Below are positions 14,257 through 29,624 of a DNA stretch of 64,000 bases, piece after piece. Within the stretch, counting starts at the first letter, position 1; each line of letters starts with the position of its first letter. Both the position numbers and the translations under genes were made by a program. Source of the DNA: Anthoceros angustus (taxonomy: Eukaryota > Plantae > Anthocerotophyta); the NCBI GenBank assembly GCA_010909165.1, contig MU008174.1:682001-746000 (forward strand). Reading direction: 5' to 3'. The notes under the pieces are model-generated. The model saw only the letters and a program-made list of their open reading frames with translations. It did not search any database and was not told the DNA's origin.

Positions 14257-14852
14257 ATGACGCCAAAGATAGAACTATGTGTTGCATTTTATATGACCTT
14301 GTTTTTGGCTTTGTGCAATGGCATGAACACCAAGATGACAAATATGTTGCAATTTATATGAACTTTCTTTTTTGGCTTTGTGCAATAGCATGAACACCAA
14401 AGTAAAATCACCTTGATGATGAGATCACATCCATTCAAGGTTTCATGAACATTTCTATCAAAACACCATAGTGGCTATGGATATAGATGAGATGAATGGA
14501 AGATCTCTATTACTATTTTATAGAGTCCGTGGAACATTTCCATCAAAACATAGTGGTGGCTAGGTGGATATAGATGAGATGAATGGAAGATCTCTCTTAC
14601 TATTTTACTGTATGAAGACAATCCTCAAGAAGACCTTGTTCTTCACTTAACGGAGGACCCGGATGCTCTAGCTTTGATGGTTGGATATATGCACATGGCC
14701 ATTCAACTTTGTACCATCCAACCAATATGGAGGGTTGCCAAATTTGGAAATGAGTCCAAATAGCTTATCCAAAGCTAATGTCATATAGTTTGATATTGGT
14801 GGTAGAGTAGGCTTTCCGTTTTAAAACAAAGTTTCATTGCAACACTAGCGAA
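14257..14852 (+). pseudogene. SCPL: SCPL-A fragment, unit 5
   Basis: Copy of 745-1352. Confidence 0.85.
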
Positions 14853-15518
14853 GATGTCCTTGAAAAATGTAGTAGATAGCCAATCGAAATCCTATTGTTC
14901 CCGAATGTCATTCTTGGATATTCAAGTAACGCAAAATGTACCTCAAACAAACCTCAAGGCGCATGAATGTCCCACAACTAGGGCAACAATGGTAGTAGTG
15001 TTATCTCGGTCCTTTTAATTTCAAACATCTATCCTAATCAAACTAAAATCCTAATGATTTTCATTTAAAACTAACTATTCTTAATTATACGCTATTGGGC
15101 TAATATTGGAGCATTATCATCTAGAGTTATTGATTTCAAACTAAGTCATGTTAACAATAAACTAATGATCTAAAAGAAGCAAGTAGTGGTCAAGACCAAA
15201 CACTTCAAAAACAAAAACAAATATTTATTATGATCTAAAAGAAATAAGTGGCCGTCAAGATTGATGATAAAGGACACAAGTAATACCTTGGCTCACTAAC
15301 TCATATTAAAAATCAATCTATAATAACAAAAATGAGTGGTTACCAAAGACCAAGGACCAAAGTAACTTAAATTGCTTATTCATATGAAAAATATTTATCA
15401 TCATCGAAAAGAAATAAAGTGGTTATCGAGGACTAAGAGAACTTACTACTATATATGGAGGAGTGGGGATGCCATATTTATTATCTTTGTTTACTCGACT
15501 TTCTCAAGGGCTTATACA

Positions 15519-17044
15519 ATGGCGACAAAGATAGGACTAGGCGTTGCATTTTGATGACCTTGTTTTTGGCTTTGTGCAATGGCATGAACACCAAAGTGCT
15601 GAGATTACATTCATTCGAGGTTTCCATGGAACATTTCCATCGAAACACTATGGTGGGTATGTGGATATAGATGAGAGGAATGGAAGATCTCTATTATTAT
15701 TTTTAGAATCAAGGCAATCCTCAAAAGACCTGTTGTTCTTGGCTAACGGAGGACCTGGATGCTCTAGCTTTGATGGTTGGATATATGCACATGGGCTATT
15801 CAACTTTGTACCATCCAAGCAACATGGAGGGTTGCCTCGATAAATCAATCCAAATAGCTTATCGAAGCTAATGTTATATATTTGGACAGTCCTGCTGGAG
15901 TAGGCTTTTCGCTTTTAAAACAAATTGACATTACAACACTAGCGACACAAAGACCGCCCAAGATACCCATGAGTTTCTCTTAAAGTGGTTCATGCTTTTC
16001 CTCAATTTCAAGTATGTTTCTTTGCAATATATGTCTTTGTTTTTGTTCTTTACAAGGGTATATGAAACTAATAAGCTAATACGGTCTGGTTTATTTATTT
16101 GGTTTTGCGTCCAACCCTCCAGATTTGAGTGGTGAATCTCAAGGTGTATATATACCTACTTTGGCAACACAGATTGACATTGGGATTAAAAGGAGTGCAT
16201 CGGTTGAACTTGAAAGGTTATGTCGTGGGAAATCCTTGGACGATGATGTATTAGATACCAATTCATATATTCCATGTCTTTATGGCATGGCTTTGATGTC
16301 ACCTCAACAATATGAAGCCAAGACAGATCAGAATAACAGCTTATTTACCGCCATACACCAAGTGTTTTGCAACATTAACTAGATTGATGATAGCACTACG
16401 ATATTAATGAGTATAATATCTTACAGCCTTGTTTCCATGATCCGACATCGATGCGCATAACCAACCAAGAAGAATTTCGTAAAGTGGCCTTCCAAATAAA
16501 GTAGTGAAGGCTTCGCAACATACAATTTGGCAGTGACGCTTGGGATTGAAGGATGCTCTTATTCCACCAAGCTAGAAGCGGTCCTATTAATGCTAAATGT
16601 AGTCATCGGGTGATGGTCCTGTTTTGACGATAGTCTTGCGACAAAGTGGTTGAACAATGACGCAATAAGTGCTATTCATGCACAACCCAGCTCTATTGGT
16701 CAACCATGGGTTTTATGCAGATATCTTAACTTACAACCATGATGCAGAAGTATGATACCTTTCACAAAGAATTGACCAAACCTTAGGTTGCTGTGGCTTT
16801 ACTATTTAGTGGTGACCATGATTGTAATGTGCCTTATATAGGTACAAGAACATGGATCAAGGATGGACTATAAGACCATCAAAGCTTGGCGCCTGGTATG
16901 CCAATCAACAAGTGGTCGCTTTGTAGTAGCATATGATCGACCTATCTTTTGCAATGCTTAAAGGTGCTGGACATGAGTAGCACAATGGAAACCTCGGAGT
17001 TCTTGGCTATGATTCAACGCTGGTTACAAACAAAGGAGCTTTGA
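15519..17044 (+). pseudogene. SCPL: SCPL-B, unit 5
   Basis: ORF 15544-15843 has KHYGGYVDIDE and [14 protein letters not shown]. Confidence 0.88.
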
Positions 17045-17426
17045 ATATAGATTAGAGGTCCAAGGTAGCAAGCATGATATCACTTCTATTCGGATAGTTG
17101 CTCTACCTAGTAGAAAGTTGAGAAACTTCCTATTTGTCTCCGCTGCTCATTCTCCAAAGCAATTGGAACTAATAACAATCAAGCGTAGCAATCCAACAAG
17201 ATGTCTTCCATTTGTGATACCGATGATTTGTCTTTGGCACAAAATTAAACATGAATTGTACGATACCTAGTACAAAGTTGAGAAATTGTTCCTATTTGTC
17301 CGCTGCTCATTCTCCTAGCATTGGAACTAATCACAATCAGCAGAGTAATCCAAGAGCATGTCTTTTATTTGTGACCGATGATTTCTCTTGGCACAAAATT
17401 AAACATGAATTGTGCGATTGTTGTCG

Positions 17427-17812
17427 CCAATGTCGATCCCCACCGAACACGACCCATCTATGAAACGTGTACTGATGTATATCTCGGACTATAATCTCTC
17501 GGTTTTCAAGCCTTGACAAGACCTTGGTACTGTGATACCATCACACATACGGTTCTTCGTCACTAGCAAAGGCGTGCCATCACGTGTGTTGAGGAGCCCA
17601 AACGCCAGGCCAATTTCTCAAGATGGCCACACAATGCATCTTCCTTTTCACTCGGACATTGCCTCCAAAGACCAACTCGGTATGCGGCACATGACCTCCG
17701 CCTTCACCTCTCATTCAAGGTACCGAGCTTTGATGATATTTGTGGTCTCTCCTCCCCAACGGTGAACTCGTGGACTTTGTTATTTAGTTCGATGCCCCGG
17801 CAGCTTCTTCTT
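17427..17812 (-). pseudogene. Orphan DYW:KP domain copy
   Basis: ORF 17337-17519: [14 protein letters not shown]...GDRH. Confidence 0.9.
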
Positions 17813-18238
17813 ATTATGCTCTAAAAAAATTAGTTTGACTTCAAAGTCCAAGGACACAAGTAATACACTTTGTTCGCTAAGACATACAAAAAATATCTAT
17901 GATTATAAAAAGTAGTTGTTAAAGACCAAGGATCAAAGTAAAAAACAATTATGATTATAAAGAAGTGGCGGTTAAGACCATGGATCAAAGTAATTGACTT
18001 AGCTCGCTTAGACATATGTTAAAGACCAAGAATCAAAGTAAAAATATGTATGATTATAAAAAGTGGTTGTTAAAGACCAAGGATCAAACTAATTAACTTA
18101 ACTCGCTTAGACATACATTAACTTATGATCGAAAAGAAACAAGTGGTCATACATTAACTTAGCGTACCAATACATGGAGGAGTGGGTATACCATATTGAT
18201 TATGTTTGTTTACTTTGAGTTTCACAAGGGCTTATACA

Positions 18239-18845
18239 ATGACGTCAAAGATAGAACTATGTGTTGCATTTTATATGACCTTGTTTTTGGCTTTGTGCAA
18301 TGGCATGAACACCAAGATGACAAATATGTTGCAATTTATATGAACTTTCTTTTTTTGGCTTTGTGCAATAGCATGAACACCAAAGTAAAATCACCCTTGG
18401 ATGATGAGATCACATCCATTCAAGGTTTCCATAACATTTCTATCAAAACACCATAGTGGCTGCGGATATAGATGAGATGAATGGAAGATCTCTCTATTAC
18501 TATTTTATAGAGTCTCCGTGGAACATTTCCATCAAAACATAGTGGTGGCTAGGTGGATATAGATGAGATGAATGGAAGATCTCTTTTACTATTTTACATA
18601 TGAAGACAATCCTCAAGAAGACCCCTGTTGTTCTTCAGCTTAACGGAGGACGGATGCTCTAGCTTTGATGGTTGGATATATGCACATGGGCCATTCAACT
18701 TTGTACCATCCAACCAATATGGAGGGTTGCCAAATTTGGAAATGAGTCCAAATAGCTTATCCAAAGTAATGTCATATAGTTTGATATTGGTGGTAGAGTA
18801 GGCTTTTCGCTTTCGAAAACAAAGTTTCATTGCAACACTAGCGAA
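18239..18845 (+). pseudogene. SCPL: SCPL-A fragment, unit 6
   Basis: Copy of 745-1352. Confidence 0.85.
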
Positions 18846-19525
18846 AGATGTCCTTGAAAAATGTAGTAGATAGCCAATCCTATTGTTCCGAATGTCATTC
18901 TTGGATATTCAAATGTAATCGCAAAATGTACCTCAAACAAACCTCAAGGCGCATGAATGTCCCACAACTAGGGCAACAATGGTAGTAGTGTTATCTCGGT
19001 CCTTTTAATTTCAAACATCTATCCTAATCAAACTAAAATCCTAATGATTTTCATTTAAAACTAACTATTCTTAATTATGATGCCTTCGCTATTGGGCTAA
19101 TATTGGAGCATTATCATCTAGAGTTATTGATTTCAAACTAAGTCATGTTAACAATAAACTAATGATCTAAAAGAAGCAAGTAGTGGTCGAAGACCAAACA
19201 CTTCAAAAACAAAAAACAAATATTTATTATGATCTAAAAGAAATAAGTGGCCGTCGAAGATTGATGATAAAGGACACAAGTAATACCCTTGGCTCACTAA
19301 CTCATAGTAAAAATCAATCTATAATAACAAAAAAATGAGTGGTTACCAAAGACCAAGGACCAAAGTAACGAACTTAAATTGCTTATTCATATGAAAAAAT
19401 ATTTATCATTATCGAAAAGAAATAAAGTGGTTATCGAGGACTAAGAGAACTTACTACTATATATGGAGGAGTGGGATGCCATATTTATTATCTTTGTTTA
19501 CTCGACTTTCTCAAGGGCTTATACA

Positions 19526-21053
19526 ATGGCGACAAAGATAGGACTAGGCGTTGCATTTTGATGACCTTGTTTTTGGCTTTGTGCAATGGCATGAACACCA
19601 AAGTCGAGATTACATCCATTCCGTGTTTCCATGGAACATTTCCATCGAAAACACTATGGTGGGTATGTGGATATAGATGAGGAATGGAAGATCTCTATTA
19701 TTATTTTTAGAATCAAGGCAATCCTCAAAAGACCGTTGTTCTTTGGCTAAACGGAGGACCCGGATGCTCTAGCTTTGATGGTTGGATATATGCACATGGG
19801 CCATTCAACTTTGTACCATCCAAGCAACATGGAGGGTTGCCCGACCGAAATCAATCCAAATAGCTTATCGAAAGCACTAATGTTATATATTTGACAATCC
19901 TCATTGAGTAGGCTTTTCGCTTTCGAAAACAAATTGATTACAACACTAGCGACACAAAGACCGCCAAGATACCCATGAGTTTCTCTTAAAGTGGTTCATG
20001 CTTTTCCTCAATTTCAAGTATGTTTCTCTTTGCAATATATGTCTTTGTTTTTGTTCTTTACTGGTATATGAAACTAATAAGCTAATCGTCCGTTTATTTA
20101 TTTGGTTTTGCAGTCCAACCCTCAGATTTGAGTGGTGAATCTTAAGTGTATATATACCTACTTTGGCAACAGATTGACATTGGGATTAAAAGGAGTGCAT
20201 CCAAGGTTGAACTTGAAAGGTTATGTCGTGGAAACTTGGATGTATGATGTATTAGATACCAATTCATATATTCCATGTCTTTATGGCATGGCTTTGATGT
20301 CACCTCAACAATATGAAGTACCAAGACAGATCAGAATAACAGCTTATTTACCGCCATACACCAAGTGTTTTGCAACATTAACGTGATTGATGATAGCACT
20401 ACGATATTAATGAGTATAATATCTTACAGCCTTGTTTCCATGATCCGTCGAGACATCGATGCATAACCAACCAAGAAGAATTTCGTAAAGTGGCCTTCAA
20501 ATAAAGTAGTGAAGGCTTCTCGCAACATACAATTTGGCAGTGACGCTTGGAATTGAAGGATGCTCTTATTCCGCCAAGCTAGAAGCGGTCCTATTAATGC
20601 TAAATGAGTCATCGGGTGATGGTCCGTGTTTTTGGCGATAGTCTTGCGACAAAGTGGTTGAACAATGACGCAATGGTGCTATTCATGCACAACCCACTCT
20701 ATTGGTCAACCATGGGTTTTATGCAGATATCTTAACTTACAACCATGATGCGGGAAGTATGATACCCTTTCACAAAGAATTGACCGAAACCTTAGGTTAT
20801 GTGGCTTTACTATTTAGTGGTGACCATGATTGTAATGTGCCTTACATAGGTACAAGAACATGGATCAAGGACTGGACTATAAGACCATCAAAGCTTGGCG
20901 CCGTGGTATGCCAATCAACAAGTGGTGGCTTTGTAGTAGCATATGATCCCGACCTATCTTTTGCAGCTTAAAGGTGCTGGACACAGTAGCACAATGGAAA
21001 CTGCGGAGTTCTTGGCTATGATTCAACGCTGGTTACAAACAAAGGAGCTTTGA
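19526..21053 (+). pseudogene. SCPL: SCPL-B, unit 6
   Basis: ORF 20702-20971 has ALLFSGDHDCNVPYIGTRTWIK. Confidence 0.88.
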
Positions 21054-21577
21054 ATATAGATTAGAGGTCCGAAGGTAGCAAGCATGATATCACTTCTATT
21101 CGGATAGTTGCTCTACCTAGTAGAAAGTTGAGAAATTGTTCCTATTTGTCTGCTCATTCTCCAAAGCAATTGAACTAATAACAATCAGAGTAATCCAACA
21201 AGATGTCTTCCATTTGTGATACCGATGATTTGTCTTTGGCACAAAATTAAACATGAATTGTACGATACCTAGTACAAAGTTGAGAAATTGTTCCTATTTA
21301 TGCTGCTCATTCTCCCTAGCAGCTTGGAACTAATCACAATCAGTAGTAATCCAACAAAGATGTCTTCCATTTGTGATACCGATTTGTCTTTGGCACAAAA
21401 TTAAACATGAATTGTACGATACCTAGTACAAAGTTGAGAAATTGTTCTATTTGTCTCATTCTCCTAGCAGCTTGGAACTAATCACAATCGCAGAGCAATC
21501 CAAGAGCATGTCTTTTATTTGTGACCGATGATTTCTCTTTGGCACAAAATTAAACATGAATTGTGCGATTGTTGTCG

Positions 21578-21965
21578 CCAATGTCGATCCCCACACGAAC
21601 ACGACCCATCTATGAACGTGTACTCGATGTATATCTCTTGACTATAATCTCTGCTTTCAAGCCTTGACAAGACCTTGGTACCGCTGGATGATACCATCAC
21701 ACATACGGTTCTTCGTCACTAGCAAAGGCGTGCCATCACGTGTGTTGAGGAGCCCAAACGCCAATTTCTCAAAGATGGCCACACAATGCATCTTCCTTTT
21801 CACTCTCGACATTGCCTCCAAAGACTAACTCGTAGATGCACATGACCTCCGCCTTCACCTCTCATTCAAGGTCGAGCTTTGATGATATTTGTGGTCTCTC
21901 CTCCCCAACGGTGAACTCGTGACTTTGTTATTTAGTTCGATGCAGGCCCTGGCAGGCTTCTTCTT
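21578..21965 (-). pseudogene. Orphan DYW:KP domain copy
   Basis: ORF 21515-21700: [12 protein letters not shown]. Confidence 0.9.
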
Positions 21966-22378
21966 ATTATGCTCTAAAAAAATTAGTTTGACTTCAAAGT
22001 CCAAGGACACAAGTAATACACTTTGTTCGCTAAGACATACAAAAAATATCTATGATTATAAAAAGTAGTTGTTAAAGACCAAGGATCAAAGTAAAAAACA
22101 ATTATGATTATAAAGAAGTGGCGGTTAAGACCATGGATCAAAGTAATTGACTTATGTTAAAGACCAAGAATCAAAGTAAAAATATGTATGATTATAAAAA
22201 GTGGTTGTTAAAGACCAAGGATCAAACTAATTAACTTAACTCGCTTAGACATACATTAACTTATGATCGAAAAGAAACAAGTGGTCATACATTAACTTAG
22301 CAAAGACCAATACATGGAGGAGTGGGTATACCATATTGATTATGTTTGTTTACTTTGAGTTTCACAAGGGCTTATACA

Positions 22379-22996
22379 ATGACGTCAAAGATAGAACTAT
22401 GTGTTGCATTTTATATGACCTTGTTTTTGGCTTTGTGCAATGGCATGAACACCAAGATGACAAATATGTTGCAATTTATATGAACTTTCTTTTTTGGCTT
22501 TGTGCAATAGCATGAACACCAAAGTAAAATCACCCTTGGATGATGAGATCACATCCATTCAAGGTTTCCATGGAACATTTCTATCAAAACACCATAGTGG
22601 CTATGCGGATATAGATGAGATGAATGGAAGATCTCTCTATTACTATTTTATAGAGTCTCCGTGGAACATTTCCATCAAAACATAGTGGTGGCTAGGTGGA
22701 TATAGATGAGATGAATGGAAGATCTCTCTTTTACTATTTTACAAGATATGAAGACAATCCTCAAGAAGACCCCGTTGTTCTTCAAATTAACGGAGGACTG
22801 GATGCTCTAGCTTTGATGGTTGGATATATGCACATGGGCCATTCAACTTTGTACCATCCAACCAATATGGAGGGTTGCCAAATTTGGAAATGAGTCCAAA
22901 TAGCTTATCCAAAGCAGCCTAATGTCATATAGTTTGATATTGGTGGTAGAGTAGGCTTTCCGTTTCGAAAACAAAGTTTCATTGCAACACTAGCGA
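22379..22996 (+). pseudogene. SCPL: SCPL-A fragment, unit 7
   Basis: Copy of 745-1352. Confidence 0.85.
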
Positions 22997-23677
22997 AAGA
23001 TGTCCTTGAAAAATGTAGTAGATAGCCAATCGAAATCCTATTGTTCCCGAATGTCATTCTTGGATATTCAAAGCAGGCGCAAAATGTACCTCAAACAAAC
23101 CTCAAGGCGCATGAATGTCCCACAACTAGGGCAACAATGGTAGTAGTGTTATCTCGGTCCTTTTAATTTCAAACATCTATCCTAATCGAAACTAAAATCC
23201 TAATGATTTTCATTTAAAACTAACTATTCTTAATTATGATGCCTTTCGCTATTGGGCTAATATTGGAGCATTATCATCTAGAGTTATTGATTTCAAACTA
23301 AGTCATGTTAACAATAAACTAATGATCTAAAAGAAGCAAGTAGTGGTCAAGACCAAACACTTCAAAAACAAAAACAAATATTTATTATGATCTAAAAGAA
23401 ATAAGTGGTCAAGATTGATGATAAAGGACACAAGTAATACCCTTGGCTCACTAACTCATATTAAAAATCAATCTATAATAACAAAAAATGAGTGGTTACC
23501 AAAGACCAAGGACCAAAGTAACGAACTTAAATTGCTTATTCATATGAAAAATATTTATCATCATCGAAAAGAAATAAAGTGGTTATCGAGGACTAAGAGA
23601 ACTTACTACTATATATGGAGGAGTGGGATGCCATATTTATTATCTTTGTTTACTCGACTTTCTCAAGGGCTTATACA

Positions 23678-25220
23678 ATGGCGACAAAGATAGGACTAGG
23701 CGTTGCATTTTGATGACCTTGTTTTTGGCTTTGTGCAATGGCATGAACACCAAAGCCGCCGAGATTACATCCATTCCGTGTTTCCATGGAACATTTCCAT
23801 CGAAACACTATGGTGGGTATGTGGATATAGATGAGAGGAATGGAAGATCTCTCTATTATTATTTTTAGAATCAAGGCAATCCTCAAAAGACCTCGTTGTT
23901 CTTTGGCTAAACGGAGGACACGGATGCTCTAGCTTTGATGGTTGGATATATGCACATGGGCTATTCAACTTTGTACCATCCAAGCAACATGGAGGGTTGC
24001 CTGACCGAAATCAATCCAAATAGCTTATCGAAAGCGCTAATGTTATATATTTGACACCCCTGGAGTAGGCTTTTCGCTGAAAACAAATTCGATTACAACA
24101 CTAGCGACACAAAGACCGCCCAAGATACCCATGAGTTTCTCTTAAAGTGGTTCATGCTTTTCCTCAATTTCAAGTATGTTTCTCTTTGCAATATATGTCT
24201 TTGTTTTTGTTCTTTTACTGGTATATGAAACTAATAAGCTAATACGGTCTGGTTTATTTATTTGGTTTTGCAGTCCAACCCTCTCAGATTTGAGTGGTGA
24301 ATCTTGGGCGGTGTATATATACCTACTTTGGCAACATGATTGACATTGGGATTAAAAAGGAGTGCATCCAAGGTCGAACTTGAAAGGTTATGTCGTGGGA
24401 AATCCTTGGACAGATGATGTATTAGATACCAATTCATATATTCCATGTCTTTATGGCATGGCTTTGATGTCACCTCAACAATATGAAGTACCAAGATGCA
24501 TCAGAATAACAGCTTATTTACCGCCATACACTCAAGTGTTTTGCAACATTAACGCAGATTGATGATAGCACTACGATATTAATGAGTATAATATCTACAG
24601 CCTTGTTTCCATGATCCGAGACATCGATGCGAGACAACCAACCAAGAAGAATTTCGTAAAGTGGCCTTCCAAATAAAGTAGTGAAGGCTTCTCGCAACAT
24701 ACAATTTGGCAGACGCTTGGAATTGAAGGATGCTCTTATTCCACCAAGCTAGAAGCGGGTCCTATTAATGCTAAAGAGTCATCGGGTGATGGTCCTGTTT
24801 TGACGATAGTCTTGCGACAAAGTGGTTGAACAATGACGCAAGTGCTATTCATGCACAACTTCTATTGGTCAACCATGGGTTTTATGCAGATATCTTAACT
24901 TACAACCATGATGCGGGAAGTATGATACCCTTTCACAAAGAATTGACCGAAACCTTAGGTTGTGGCTTTACTATTTAGTGGTGACCATGATTGTAATGTG
25001 CCTTACATAGGTACAAGAACATGGACTCAAGGACTGGACTATAAGACCATCAAAGCTTGGCGCCTGTGGTATGCCAATCAACAAGTGGTCGGCTTTGTAG
25101 TAGCATATGATCGACCTATCTTTTGCAATGCTTAAAGGTGCTGGACACGAGTAGCACAATGGAAACTCTGCGGAGTTCTTGGCTATGATTCAACGCTGGT
25201 TACAAACAAAGGAGCTTTGA
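23678..25220 (+). pseudogene. SCPL: SCPL-B, unit 7
   Basis: ORF 24362-24562 has NLKGYVVGNPWTDD. Confidence 0.88.
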
Positions 25221-25606
25221 ATATAGATTAGAGGTCCGAAGGTAGCAAGCATGATATCACTTCTATTCGGATAGTTGCTCTACCTAGTAGAAAGTTGAGA
25301 AAGCTGTTCCTATTTGTCTGCCGCTCATTCTCCAAAGCAATTGGAACTAATAACAATCAGTGATAATCCAACAAAGATGTCTTCCATTTGTGATACCGAT
25401 GATTTGTCTTTGGCACAAAATTAAACATGAATTGTAATGATACCTAGTACAAAGTTGAGAAATTGTTCCTATTTGTCTGCTGCTCATTCTCCCTAGCAGT
25501 TGGAACTAATCACAATCGCAGTAGCAATCCAAGAGCATGTCTTTTATTTGTGACCGATGATTTCTCTTTGGCACAAAATTAAACATGAATTGTGCGATTG
25601 TTGTCG

Positions 25607-25989
25607 TCAATGTCGATCCCCACGAACACGACCCATCTATGAAACGGTGTACTGATGTATATCTCGGACTATAATCTCTGGCCAAGCCTTGACAAGACCT
25701 TGGTACCGTGATACCATCACACATACGAAGGTTCTTCGTCACTAGCAAAGGCGTGCCATCACGTGTGTTGAGGAGCCCAAACGCCAGGCCAATTTCTCAG
25801 CATGGCCACACAATGCATCTTCCTTTTCACTCTCGGACATTGCCTCCAAAGACCAACCCCAGATGCACATGACCTCCGCCCTTGACCTCTCATTCAAAAC
25901 AGCTTTGATGATATTTGTGGTCTCTCCTCCCCAACGGTGAACTCGTGGACTTTGTTATTTAGTTCGATGCAGCCCGGCAGTTTCTTCTT
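25607..25989 (-). pseudogene. Orphan DYW:KP domain copy
   Basis: ORF 25506-25748: LVTKNLRMCD...HRFIDGSCS. Confidence 0.9.
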
Positions 25990-26420
25990 ATTATGCTCTA
26001 AAAAAAATTAGTTTGACTTCAAAGTCCAAGGACACAAGTAATACACTTTGTTCGCTAAGACATACAAAAAATATCTATGATTATAAAAAGTAGTTGTTAA
26101 AGACCAAGGATCAAAGTAAAAAACAATTATGATTATAAAGAAGTGGCGGTTAAGACCATGGATCAAAGTAATTGACTTAGCTCGCTTAGACATATGTTAA
26201 AGACCAAGAATCAAAGTAAAAAATATGTATGATTATAAAAAGTGGTTGTTAAAGACCAAGGATCAAACTAATTAACTTAACTCGCTTAGACATACATTAA
26301 CTTATGATCGAAAAGAAACAAGTGGTCATACATTAACTTAGCAAGCATTCAATACATGGAGGAGTGGGTATACCATATTGATTATGTTTGTTTACTTTGA
26401 GTTTCACAAGGGCTTATACA

Positions 26421-27028
26421 ATGACGCCAAAGATAGAACTATGTGTTGCATTTTATATGACCTTGTTTTTTCGCTTTGTGCAATGGCATGAACACCAAGA
26501 TGACAAATATGTTGCAATTTATATGAACTTTCTTTTTTGGCTTTGTGCAATAGCATGAACACCAAAGTAAAATCACCTTGATGATGAGATCACATCCATT
26601 CAAGGTTTCCATGAACATTTCTATCAAAACACCATAGTGGCTATGGATATAGATGAGATGAATGGAAGATCTCTATTACTATTTTATAGAGTCTCCGTGG
26701 AACATTTCCATCAAAACATAGTGGTGGCTAGGTGGATATAGATGAGATGAATGGAAGATCTCTCTTTTACTATTTTACGTGTATGAAGACAATCCTCAAG
26801 AAGACCACGTTGTTCTTCAGCTTAACGGAGGACCCGGATGCTCTAGCTTTGATGGTTGGATATATGCACATGGGCCATTCAACTTTGTACCATCCAACCA
26901 ATATGGAGGGTTGCCAAATTTGGAAATGAGTCCAAATAGCTTATCCAAAGCTAATGTCATATAGTTTGATATTGGTGGTAGAGTAGGCTTTCCGTTTTAA
27001 AACAAAGTTTCATTGCAACACTAGCGAA
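26421..27028 (+). pseudogene. SCPL: SCPL-A fragment, unit 8
   Basis: Copy of 745-1352. Confidence 0.85.
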
Positions 27029-27704
27029 GATGTCCTTGAAAAATGTAGTAGATAGCCAATCGAAATCCTATTGTTCCCGAATGTCATTCTTGGATATTCA
27101 AGTAACGCAAAATGTACCTCAAACAAACCTCAAGGCGCATGAATGTCCCACAACTAGGGCAACAATGGTAGTAGTGTTATCTCGGTCCTTTTAATTTCAA
27201 ACATCTATCCTAATCAAACTAAAATCCTAATGATTTTCATTTAAAACTAACTATTCTTAATTATGATGCCTTTCGCTATTGGGCTAATATTGGAGCATTA
27301 TCATCTAGAGTTATTGATTTCAAACTAAGTCATGTTAACAATAAACTAATGATCTAAAAGAAGCAAGTAGTGGTCAAGACCAAACACTTCAAAAACAAAA
27401 ACAAATATTTATTATGATCTAAAAGAAATAAGTGGTCAAGATTGATGATAAAGGACACAAGTAATACCCTTGGCTCACTAACTCATATTAAAAATCAATC
27501 TATAATAACAAAAATGAGTGGTTACCAAAGACCAAGGACCAAAGTAACGAACTTAAATTGCTTATTCATATGAAAAATATTTATCATCATCGAAAAGAAA
27601 TAAAGTGGTTATCGAGGACTAAGAGAACTTACTACTATATATGGAGGAGTGGGGATGCCATATTTATTATCTTTGTTTACTCGACTTTCTCAAGGGCTTA
27701 TACA

Positions 27705-29242
27705 ATGGCGACAAAGATAGGACTAGGCGTTGCATTTTGATGACCTTGTTTTTGGCTTTGTGCAATGGCATGAACACCAAAGTCTGAGATTACATTCATT
27801 CGAGGTTTCCATGGAACATTTCCATCGAAAACACTATGGTGGGTATGTGGATATAGATGAGAGGAATGGAAGATCTCTATTATTATTTTTAGAATCAAGG
27901 CAATCCTCAAAAGACCTGTTGTTCTTGGCTAACGGAGGACCCGGATGCTCTAGCTTTGATGGTTGGATATATGCACATGGGCTATTCAACTTTGTACCAT
28001 CCAAGCAACATGGAGGGTTGCCTCGATCCGAAATCAATCCAAATAGCTTATCGAAGCTAATGTTATATATTTGGACAGTCCTGCTGGAGTAGGCTTTTCG
28101 CTTTTAAAACAAATTGATTACAACACTAGCGACACAAAGACCGCCCAAGATACCCATGAGTTTCTCTTAAAGTGGTTCATGCTTTTTCCTCAATTTCAAG
28201 TATGTTTCTCTCTTTGCAATATATGTCTTTGTTTTTGTTCTTTTACAAGGGTATATGAAACTAATAAGCTAATACGGTCTGGTTTATTTATTTGGTTTTG
28301 CGGTCCAACCCTCCGATTTGAGTGGTGAATCTCAAGGTGTATATATACCTACTTTGGCAACACAGTTGACATTGGGATTAAAAGGAGTGCATCCGGTCTT
28401 GAACTTGAAAGGTTATGTCGTGGGAAATCCTTGGACGATGATGTATTAGATACCAATTCATATATTCCATGTCTTTATGGCATGGCTTTGATGTCACCTC
28501 AACAATATGAAGTACCAAGACAGATCAGAATAACAGCTTATTTACCGCCATACACCAAGTGTTTTGCAACATTAACCAGATTGATGATAGCACTACGATA
28601 TTAATGAGTATAATATCTTACAGCCTTGTTTCCATGATCCTCTCGGACATCGATGCATAACCAACCAAGAAGAATTTCGTAAAGTGGCCTTCCAAATAAA
28701 GTAGTGAAGGCTTCGCAACATACAATTTGGCAGTGACGCTTTGGGATTGAAGGATGCTCTTATTCCACCAAGCTAGAAGCGGTCCTATTAATGCTAAATG
28801 TAGTCATCGGGTGATGGTCCTGTTTTGACGATAGTCTTGCGACAAAGTGGTTGAACAATGACGCGGTAAGTGCTATTCATGCACAACCCACTCTATTGGT
28901 CAACCATGGGTTTTATGCAGATATCTTAACTTACAACCATGATGCAGAAGTATGATACCTTTCACAAAGAATTGACCAAACCTTAGGTTGCTGTGGCTTT
29001 ACTATTTAGTGGTGACCATGATTGTAATGTGCCTTACATAGGTACAAGAACATGGATCAAGGATCGGACTATAAGACCATCAAAGCTTGGCGCCTGGTAT
29101 GCCAATCAACAAGTGGTCGCTTTGTAGTAGCATATGATCGACCTATCTTTTGCAGCTTAAAGGTGCTGGACAGAGTAGCACAATGGAAACCTCGGAGTTC
29201 TTGGCTATGATTCAACGCTGGTTACAAACAAAGGAGCTTTGA
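27705..29242 (+). pseudogene. SCPL: SCPL-B, unit 8
   Basis: ORF 28071-28328: DSPAGVGFS...DYNTSDTKTAQDTHEFLLKWF. Confidence 0.88.
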
Positions 29243-29624
29243 ATATAGATTAGAGGTCCAAGGTAGCAAGCATGATATCACTTCTATTCGGATAGTTGCT
29301 CTACCTAGTAGAAAGTTGAGAAACTGTTCCTATTTGTCCGCTGCTCATTCTCCAAAGCAATTGGAACTAATAACAATCAGCGTAGCAATCCAACAAGATG
29401 TCTTCCATTTGTGATACCGATGATTTGTCTTTGGCACAAAATTAAACATGAATTGTACGATACCTAGTACAAAGTTGAGAAATTGTTCCTATTTGTCCGC
29501 TGCTCATTCTCCTAGCATTGGAACTAATCACAATCAGCAGAGTAATCCAAGAGCATGTCTTTTATTTGTGACCGATGATTTCTCTTTGGCACAAAATTAA
29601 ACATGAATTGTGCGATTGTTGTCG